DNA of 53,064 nucleotides from assembly GCA_910592345.1 (NCBI GenBank), contig CAJVPI010000111.1, positions 1-53,064 on the forward strand, in the 5' to 3' direction. Of this stretch, positions 44,376-53,064 are shown in pieces. The position numbers and the translations under genes were made by a program. Under the pieces are notes generated by a model. The model did not search any database and was not told the origin of the DNA. It saw only the letters and a list, made by a program, of their open reading frames with translations. This DNA comes from Paraglomus brasilianum (lineage: Eukaryota). Within the stretch, counting starts at the first letter, position 1. Every line of letters begins with the position of its first letter.

Positions 44376-44985
44376 GCAATGGGTTGTTACCGCCAGGAAT
44401 AGTATACTTTTGGCATCACCCTTAATACGGACATCCCATATGCCATAAATAATGCTGTTATGAGCCCTTACGCTGGCGAAGGGTTCATGTACCAGTTCAT
44501 GCGTTTTTCGAATTTCAGCCCCAGCAATACGGAAATTAGTCGTCTTCTTGACGCCGCTTCGGCTTGCCTCTAAATCTGCCACGGTCTTGGCTTTACTTTT
44601 TTCCATTTCTTCAACTTTATTATTTACATTTCTTACTCGTAAATGTCGTTCCTTTACTCGATTACTTATACAGTCAACTCTGTTTATACCGAACGGGTTT
44701 ATAAGAGACTCCGGTATACAAATAATTTTCAGATTCCGGTATATGCACTCTCTTTTTAAGTATATAATTCTCTTAATATTAAGCCAAAATTTTCCAATGT
44801 TATCATATAATTGATATGATAACAACACAACACTCAGAGTAATACCACAGCATAATTGGCATAAGTTTTTATACCATTTATTGCTTTTCTTATTTAATAT
44901 GTCAGGCATGATTAAAGATACCCATGCCTTTATATTTGCATTTTAATAATCTCAGTGAGATTTGGATTGACTATAAACTTATAAT

Positions 44986-45255
44986 AACAGTCTCAAACTT
45001 ACCATAAGATGTTCGCGTTTTTAGACTTGCTAATTAAAATTTAGAAGATTAAAAAATATAATTTTTGCCTGATATAATTTAATCTTAATATGTAAAAAAG
45101 CTTTTACATTTGCTTTTTGTCAACTTACTCAATTTTATTCATAATATTATGTTTAAATTAATATAGATCCCACTTTTCATCTTGGTTTTTTTGCAAGTTA
45201 TAATGTTAGTCTTGAACTTCTGTTAAATAAAAAAATAACAAGAACAAAATTGGTA
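44986..45255 (+). repeat. Dispersed AT-rich repeat, copy 2 (copy 1 at ~5851-6070)
   Basis: Same ordered blocks as 5851-6070, with indels. Confidence 0.85.
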
Positions 45256-45386
45256 TAGTAACTATTAGTGAAATTTCGTAGTGACCACTCATTTTTGACT
45301 GGATAAACTCGATCCTCTAATCTCTCTATTTCTCCACTGCTCCGTGGCCTTCACACAATCTTTCATCGTCTAACTTCCCCGTATAG

Positions 45387-45529
45387 AGTGTTTAGCCTAA
45401 TTCGTCGGCATGCACACATATAGGATAGATAGCTTGCTACCTATCCTTATTTACCAGCTGTTTAGCGGAGTCGCGCACCTGTCAATCGACATGGTAAGTT
45501 TCCTCGCCGGTTGACGAATTGTAAACACT
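45387..45529. repeat. Foldback/MITE-like element in the FEX 3' region
   Basis: AGTGTTTA (45387) pairs with TAAACACT (45522); AATTCGTC (45399) pairs with GACGAATT (45513); inner hairpin at 45422-45447. Confidence 0.65.
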
Positions 45530-45553
45530 GATCTATTACCATAACTCTTATGA

Positions 45554-47021
45554 TTATCCGCATGTATTGTTTAGATTTGCCGTCCAGTAATGAATACCCA
45601 ACACGAAGATCATTACAAGCTGGCCTAAAATTACAGAAACTATTGCGTATCTATATGCAAACCCTCGAGATAATATTGTTAGTTCGACCTAGCAAGAAGA
45701 ATTGTTTCAATCTTAGTATCCTGTTAATGTAATTGCGACGTGATATCATTTTGTTTAGAGACAACTTACTGCGAATGTGGATATTGTAGTTAAACATCCT
45801 TAGTTCACAGGCCATTGCAATGCAATTCATCGTTACTATGATTGATTTCTTCGCGGAGGAATAGCATAAAATAACTATCTTACCACAGAATCCATCGGAT
45901 AATCCCGCTATGATATCACATCCAATAACTGATGAGACGCTCCCATGACTTAATAGAAATAAAATCGATATGCACAGACTTCCTAACATATTGGCAGCGA
46001 AAGTACCAAGAGGGAAAGATGTCTTTGCACTATTGAAAGCTCCAAGACGCCATCGACATAAAGTACCTGGCATTTTAATCAATTGAATTTAATATCGCTC
46101 AATCCGTTATTCAACAAAATCACATTGTACTCACCCACAGGCCCAAACACGGTAGCAAACAATATCGGCCGCTGCTCTCCCCAGACAATCGCCAATGAAA
46201 CAGCAGCTATCCATACAATTGCCCCAATAACAACGCAACCAAAATCTAGTTTCGAACCATTTTTTCTAAAGTCCATCGGCACTAGTTTGTACATTCTCTT
46301 CTTTTTATTTTTCCAATATTTGCTTGTTACGAGTTCAGTTAAATCTTTACCGAACCAGAATGCCGCTACGCTCATTCCAATCGTTATCATAACATGAGTT
46401 AGGCCAGCCATGATCTGGTAAATTGATTTTGTAGTAAGGAATCGAATTGAATAAAAGGAAAGAAAGTGCGGCTCTGTGTAGTTACATACACCATACCCAA
46501 TCCCGTCATTGATTACAGCTCGAAAAGTGGCTAATTCGAATGATGAAAACGATGTTATAGAGCCACAGAGACCTGTTGATATTCCGACGTATAATGGATA
46601 ATACCTTTTCAAGCAAAATAAAGTTACAATAGTGTTTATGGCCATAGTGTTTTAGTGTCCAGTCTTTCTTGTTCAAGGATCCGCTCACATGTCTTGCTAG
46701 ATGAATTCCTTACACATCAACAACTTACATATCAAACAGCATATCCTTCGACTGAACGCAAATGCCCATGATCAGACAGCCAACAAACTGTGCGTAAAGC
46801 AATGGAAACACTGGTACACCCGGATATGAATTCAGCTCAGTCAATTTTACTCTAATCAAAACTCCTGCGATTGAAGATGCAATCAACAATCCCACTATTG
46901 GCACTACACTCATTTCCAACTCAATCATCTCCACATGCTCTATCACATCTTCAATGATATCGGATTGGTTGGATGAGGAAGAGGGTTGTGTGGATTTTTC
47001 GTCTGTTTTCGGCTGCGACAT
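45554..47021 (-). CDS. FEX1: Fluoride export channel FEX (two fused CrcB/Fluc domains), 6 exons
   Basis: GVLIR, AQFVGCLIMG, STGLCGSITSFSSF; second domain GTLCRWRL, FPLGTFAANMLG, DGFCG|CLTTISTFA|VEL; ends NNTCG*. Confidence 0.93.
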
Positions 47022-47217
47022 TCGCGTTTGGCAAAATAAAGAAAAACGTCGTAATTTATGTAAATCCCCACAGATAATGAACTAATACTAAATACTGCAT
47101 TAATTATGAATGTTGAAAAAGGAAATGATGGACAAGAATAAGATTCGCGATATTAAAGTATGTATGTAGTACTGTAGTAGTAGTAATAGTAATGGAGGTT
47201 AACAGTAAACTAATAAC

Positions 47218-47441
47218 TGTGGCAGATTAAAACGAAATCGGATTAAAACGAAATTGGAGTCTTTTTGGATCCTCTTTTAATGCCTCTGAAACCCGCATAT
47301 ACTCTTCTATTAACAAAAGTTACCCTAAATCCCATCCCAATCCCCAAAAAAGTCTAGAAAATTGCCCCCCAAAAATTTTAAATTTTTATATTTAAATAGA
47401 GAAAATTTCGTTTTAATCCGATTTCGTTTTAATCTGTCACA
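47218..47441. mobile_element. 224-bp MITE with TGT...ACA termini
   Basis: Left TGTGGCAGATTAAAACGAAATCGGATTAAAACGAAATT is the near-perfect reverse complement of the right end; flanks ATAAC/ACAAC are a possible 5-bp TSD. Confidence 0.85.
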
Positions 47442-47698
47442 ACAACTTCCTACGGCGAAAGAAGCGTTTATCGAATGGAAGGAAAACATCCATGACTGTA
47501 GTAACTTTAGATAATGAATACCTGATCAGTCACTCCGGCGGCTTTCTTTCTATGATCACAACATACCATAAAAGTAGATATCAGACCTCGGAAGTCACGG
47601 GACTGAAAAATAGTAGTGACAGTATCTATGTTACACATATTAATATGAAAATGTATGAGCAATATATGTGTAACATCAATGCCACCACTTTATCGAAC

Positions 47699-47844
47699 TG
47701 CTAGCAGATTAAAATTTGAGACATAATTATTATGTACAATTTTGGGTTTGTCCAGGTAGTGTGTGTGAGTTTCAGAGGCGTTAAAAGAGGACCCAAAAAG
47801 ACTCCAAATTTCGTTTTAATACGATTTCGTTTTAATCTGCCACA
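47699..47844 (-). mobile_element. Second, inverted and partly deleted copy of the 47218-47441 MITE
   Basis: Reverse complement reads TGTGGCAGATTAAAACGAAATCGTATTAAAACGAAATTTGGAGTCTTTTTGGGTCCTCTTTTAACGCCTCTGAAAC. Confidence 0.85.
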
Positions 47845-48070
47845 ATCATAGCATATAGACGCAAAAGTGCACGATCCATTAAACAAGCAGACACATATGT
47901 GAGATTTTTCCGTACAGTCGAAGTACGTGTAACTCTGTAATACATATTCGAACTAATGTCCTTCGATAAAGTAAGGATAATCTTCTCTTGCACTTCTTTG
48001 GGTTGGCACATAAATCTTCAAATATAACTACTGTACCTCTTTCTGAGGAAAACGAATCCAGCTTTGGAAT
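47845..48070 (-). pseudogene. Relic of an A32/FtsK-like packaging ATPase (Polinton-like element)
   Basis: Across frameshifts [61 protein letters not shown]: Walker B followed by an eroded GRH region. Confidence 0.55.
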
Positions 48071-48520
48071 GAAATATCTTTACGGCACGGCTTTAGGCTA
48101 TTTACAATTACTGACTATCTGAAAGGCTGATTTAGTGTACATATTAATATATTTCACTCGCTGATCAACTATTTATCTTATAATATCAATAAAGTTTCGC
48201 CCACTTCGAAGCATTTGATTGCTTTATTGTAGAATGCACTATTCTGTACTATGGTGGGAAGTGAACATAAGGTGAACGCCGCAAATGTCTAATAATTCTC
48301 TTCCTTGCTCGAACTTCAAAAAGGCAAGTTAGTTGTAAATTCGTTAATAAATTAGTTAGTTGATTTGACGGGTGTGTAATCACTAACTCTTTCTTGAATA
48401 ATTGCTCTTTTGGTGCTGGGTTTCCCGTACATTACGGTTTAGTTGAGAATTCGTTAAAAGAAATAGCTCGCTATAAGAAGGAATTCGGTTTGACCCGCAG
48501 ATTTCTCATGACGGGTTTTA

Positions 48521-49039
48521 CAGTCATACCTCTTTTGTATCCTCACCCTTTAATATCCAAACCTCGGATATATTAATATCCCACCTGTAAAACGGGACAG
48601 ATTTCCTCTGTTGTATTTCTATATAAATCTACCACCCTTCAGATATATCCCTATCCCCGATATTTCTCGAAATGTTAAACCCATGCTGAGAGCGATCAGG
48701 TCATAAATATGCCACTTTAACTTTAGCAAACCAGATGCCGTTTAAGCCAAGAGCGTAGTTTTCAAATATATATATAAGAGTGTGCATTGTTTAACCTTTC
48801 TATTTCCGATATTAAAGAAAGAAGAAATCTGTCACTTGAAGATAAAATAAACATCATTAAGAGAAAAGAAACCGATGTAAAGTATATACGAAATATAATT
48901 CGACGCTTAGATGAGTCTGTAGAAAAGGCTAAACGCCAAATTTCATTAGCCGAATTTATTAACCAATAAAATTGCATGTTTTTAAATGAATACGTATGCG
49001 TCCCCGTCCCAAAGTGGGGATATAAACGAGGTATGACTG
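48521..49039 (+). mobile_element. 519-bp internally deleted pogo/Tigger-like element
   Basis: TA TSDs at 48519-20 and 49040-41; 26-bp TIRs starting CAGTCATACCTC with 3 mismatches; internal ORF KERRNLSLEDKINIIKR (CENP-B-type HTH start) fused to a C-terminal KRQISLAEF. Confidence 0.85.
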
Positions 49040-49090
49040 TAACTGTAATGGGCCGTAGCATCGACATTGCAATGTTGAACCTTCGTTGAT

Positions 49091-49500
49091 TTACGAGCTG
49101 TCTTGTTGTTCTGCCAATTTGGTATTTGTGTTATAATACTTTCGCTCCAACTTGACTTTGGCTAAATGTTTCTTATATCTTTTTAACAAGCCTTGGGCCT
49201 CCCCTTCTTTACAAGATTTAAATTGTAAGTCATTCCGCAAGCGTTGGCAAGTATCGCATAAATCGGTTCGAGGACTCATGATATGGATACGCGGAATTAG
49301 CTGATGCCACAATTCACAGAACGCATCGTATTTAATCGCGCGCAGAGTGTTATCATCTTCCAAGCCCAAAAAGTCACAATAAACAGATTTGTAACTCGTT
49401 TTTCCGCCGGCAAAAAAAATCGATTGGGTAACTCGGTTAGCATTTCGGACTGGGCTAGGCAAACCATGGAATTTAGTAGAAACGCTAATAAGAACAAACT
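49091..49500 (-). mobile_element. Sola-like DNA transposase fragment
   Basis: HGLPSP, FLPAEK/SYKSVY, FCELWHQLIPRIHIMSPRTDLCDTC, KHLAKVKLERKYY; frameshifted and truncated. Confidence 0.55.
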
Positions 49501-49729
49501 GGTGAATGTACAAGTATGAAAAGTATCAGTATGGCAAGCCATAAAAGAACACATTTATTTCCTTATCATTACATATATGATGGCCCACTCAATAGTTAGA
49601 AAAAGCCACAATAATAACAATAATGCCCCCAATAATTTGTAACACAGTTTTCTCCTTACATTCAAATAATCATAATATAAAACTTTACAAATTCTGAATT
49701 AAAGATGGAAATACATATGCTAAGTCACA

Positions 49730-52113
49730 TTATGATGTTTTGCTATGTTTTGCTATCACCAACTCCTCTCCATAATCCATTAGCACAGCTTTTCTTTTCA
49801 TGCTCTTGGTACTGTCCTTGAGTGCATCTAGGAATGCCAAATGCTCTTTTTGAAAGACTTGTGATGCATTCTTATTGTCAATGATTCCAATAACTTGTTT
49901 GTTTCCGTGTTGTCGTAAACTATATTGACTTGAGTTTGTCACAAAAGGTACTTTGCACACATCAGCAGGATAAGCAATCACTAAACCAATAGAGCCTTGC
50001 TGAGATAGCTCACACATCTTCTGAATGGCAGGTGCATTACTTTCCTCATTAAAAATGTTCCCATTAATATCCTTGTAAAATCTCTTTGGATCAAGTGTAT
50101 TGAGTGCCTTTGTAAGTGCATGAACTGAGAATCGTAGCTTGAGTTGAACAAAGACAGGAATGATTATGGCATCATTGATTTTGACAAAAAAAATAATATC
50201 AGGACCACAGCGAGGTTCTGGGAAATAGAATGTTGGGCGCAAGTCTGGTGGGGCTTTAAGATATTCTCCAAGAGTATAGCCTGCAGTGGCACTGACACTC
50301 GTGGGACTGCCTCATCTGAAGGTTGAACAAGCTGGGCTCGTCCTTGCAACTCAGCAGGAAAAGTCTCAGAAATACCATGGAACATGACCATTTTTGCAAT
50401 ATCTTGGCTGCCATTGAATATTCGTTCAAATTCTTTAGGTAGATATAACTCCCACAGAAAGCCTGCTGCACTGTCATTATCAACTTTAGACATCATTGAG
50501 AGGATTTCCTGTTCTAGGTAATTGCCATCATTTAAAAAGTTGTATACAGCATGAAGAGCAAATGGTTCATCAATATATGCAGTTAAAATTGGTTCTGCTG
50601 GAGGGATAGGACCTGACAAATCAATATCAACTCCTTCCATGACATATGTATCATCTGGACCAGTCCCCAATTTCTGTTCTAGCTCCAAGGCAGTAGGCAC
50701 TGTTATTCTTTTTAGATGCCCAAAACCAGCTTCCACAATTTCCATTTGCTTGACATTAGTGAACAAAAATGCCCCTCCAGAATAATAGTAAGCAAGCGTT
50801 ACACTCTTATACAATTCAAAGACATTAATTGAGTCAATAGTATTAGGTCGTTGCATAACAACAATATCAGACAGCTTATCATACAATAACTGTCCCTGTA
50901 ATGGTGAAGGTAGTGTTAACTCTTTCCATATCTTTTCAATAGCAGCAGGAATCAATGTACCCCTTATTAATTCTTCCACACAGGTAACTATAGGGCAAAA
51001 CCATCCACGAAAATAACCATAAAGATCAGAGTAGTCCTTGCCTGTTAATTCCACAAATTTACTAACATAATTCTGTACATGGCTAACATTTTCCCACTCT
51101 CCAAAGTCTGTGAACTTGCTTATGCCCATACCTCGTTTTGCAATACCAGAAACAAGAGAATCCTCAAGGTAAAGGAGAGAAAGTCCAGTACCACATGGGA
51201 TAACACAAGCACTGGTGAAAGTGGTTCTCAGTGTGTCTATAACAGGAGACAAGAGTGAACGATGCTTTTGAAAATTTGCCCATGACCGAAAGTCTCCATA
51301 GTTATACTTTTCAAGTGCCTGTGCCTCATCAAGAATAATGGGAAAGATGTCAAACTTCAGAGTTTTTGCAAGATGTTCATATAGAGTTAGAATTGCTTCT
51401 CGCACAGATTTTGGTGAGCAATAGGTAAGCTTTTGTGCAAGTTGGAGAAACAAATCATCATTATAGTTATAATGATGTCCAAAAGTCCTCTGGCAGGTTT
51501 GTAACAGGAGCCAGCGTTGTTTGCTGAATGTCTCTTGTGTGGATCGGCAATAGTGGAGTATGAAAAGACGTGAAAGAATTATACAGTGAGTAGCATCTTC
51601 TGCAATATTATGGTTGAAATTTGCATCATCTTCATTCATTACTGCTCTCAATGAAGCTTTAATAAAGGATCTTATTGATTCAATGTCACTTGAACCACCA
51701 TTTCCTTTACGTGATGCTGTAAAATAAAAACCCCAACATAGGCAAAGCACCTCATAACAGGTTCTTGTTTTCCTGCATCCGGATGTCCCAAGTAGAACCA
51801 GCATGTTATTTTTTGCTCCATTCATTGCCGTTATGATGCTTTTAGCCTGTGTGATTGGTTGATTATCTTCTTTGACATCTCCAGGAAGAGCATGTAGTAA
51901 GAGCGAAGGGTAACCTTCATAGGCCAGTACTGTTACTTTAAGTGATACAGTCAGTGGTGGGTCGAATTGTGGTAACTCGTCATTTTTTGTTATATACTGG
52001 TCAAGGAAACGACCATGGATGCTCTCAAGAAATTGTTGAAATACGGTTTGAGGCTCAACTGGTAGTTGTGGGAATAGGGTCGGTCTCAGGGATGCTAAGA
52101 GGAATAGAGACAT
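49730..52113 (-). pseudogene. Crinkler-like P-loop ATPase plus PD-(D/E)XK nuclease gene, frameshifted near 50295
   Basis: Walker A LLGTSGCRKTR (G lost), Walker B IILDEAQ, IDEPF, GFLWE; the second frame continues SATAGYTLGEYL..PTFYFPEPRCGPDIIFFV..VFVQLKL. Confidence 0.8.
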
Positions 52114-52331
52114 GTCAGAGATAAGAAATGCACTAGTCTAAAGTTCAAGCAATATACGATGGCTAATAAAAAACAAATAGGCTAGGGAAACATTAAAGGT
52201 CATATTTAACAAAAAGGATAGTTCGGTGCACGTTACAAGCGGCATAGCTAGTCTGCGACCCCGGTGTTGTAACGCATTTCAACTATTCTCTTGTAATGCA
52301 TTTCAGCTATTCTCCCTCCGTTGCTCCTACT

Positions 52332-52550
52332 CTACTTAACCCAAACGTATCGTATCTTGCTTATTTGTCTTTCAAACGATAACTTAACTTTTGCTCCTCT
52401 ATCCTCCAAATAAACATGTGTTGCTCGCTTGCTTACCATGTGACCTGCGGTATTTTTGTTTGCTTCCTCGTAGGTCGCATAGTCTCCTCTGTATTTCCAC
52501 ATGAACTCGCCTTCAGTCATAACTCTTGCGTTCGCGTCCGTTGGGTTCAT
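52332..52550 (-). mobile_element. Possible degenerate MULE/FAR1-like N-terminal fragment
   Basis: YATYEEA..AGHMVSKRA..VYLEDRG loosely resembles the FAR1-type DNA-binding domain; weak match. Confidence 0.3.
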
Positions 52551-53064
52551 GTCTAGATGTGTTTCGTATGATTTAGTGAATAAAAGAAGAGTCGCGATCT
52601 GCGCCCGCCAACTCAGCCCTGTTTATGTTTTACTTACACAAACATGTGATACTTCTCGGTATTGGAGCGCCGAATCAACTATAGTTGTCGGGTCCAGCCC
52701 AGTTAGCAAATAGATCGAGAACCCTTAGTCAGAGACAAGAAAAATCTCTTTTATACGCTTCTTTGCATATCACGTTATGGAACAATGTTTCGAATTGTTG
52801 TATTGTATCCCGCGTGAGTTCGTATGCCCGCATATTGTATGACTATTACTAGTACTATTACGCAGAATCTGTGTTACGGTAATAAATATGGTTGCCATCA
52901 TACTTGTTGCTGTTCAGTTTTTTTTAAATTTACCTAAATTTCCAAATAGATTTTTGCTGCACGCAGTCTAAAGCCACCACTTTTTTGTTTTGTGGCCAAA
53001 TTTCCGATCTTATAATTCAGTCACGTGAAACAATTAAGAATTTTTAATAGGACGATAGCTTTAT

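Noticed and set aside
45440..45515. Fluoride riboswitch next to FEX
   Set aside because: GGCGAGGAAACTTACC only loosely resembles the first stem, the conserved core is absent, and it lies 3' of the gene; a covariance-model search would settle it.

Overview
Eukaryotic, intron-rich fungal DNA. It is most likely Mucoromycota/Glomeromycotina, inferred from the gene sequences, a minor-spliceosome intron, a Crinkler-type gene and fragments resembling Mollicutes endobacteria. A gene-dense core (~10.2-36.9 kb) holds nine conserved genes: Swi5/Sae3, an F-box/WD40 protein, a penta-EF-hand protein, a DENN-domain Rab GEF, an intronless USP30/Ubp16-like deubiquitinase, arginyl-tRNA synthetase, eIF5A, MRPL31 and INO80. 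Both flanks are transposon and pseudogene debris: Tc1, mariner, pogo and Sola-like remnants, several MITEs and a Polinton-like ATPase relic. The left flank also carries a truncated 84-bp LRR array. The right flank carries an intact FEX fluoride exporter and a frameshifted Crinkler-like ATPase-nuclease gene. The most unusual items are a ~1.4-kb patchwork of UGA=Trp reading frames with a group II intron HNH fragment, an LRR array with constant framework and hypervariable surface codons, a U12 intron in the DENN gene, and a foldback element just after the FEX stop. I found no complete, clearly novel multi-gene system. Coordinates and splice sites were read by eye, and family calls come from motif recognition without database searches.
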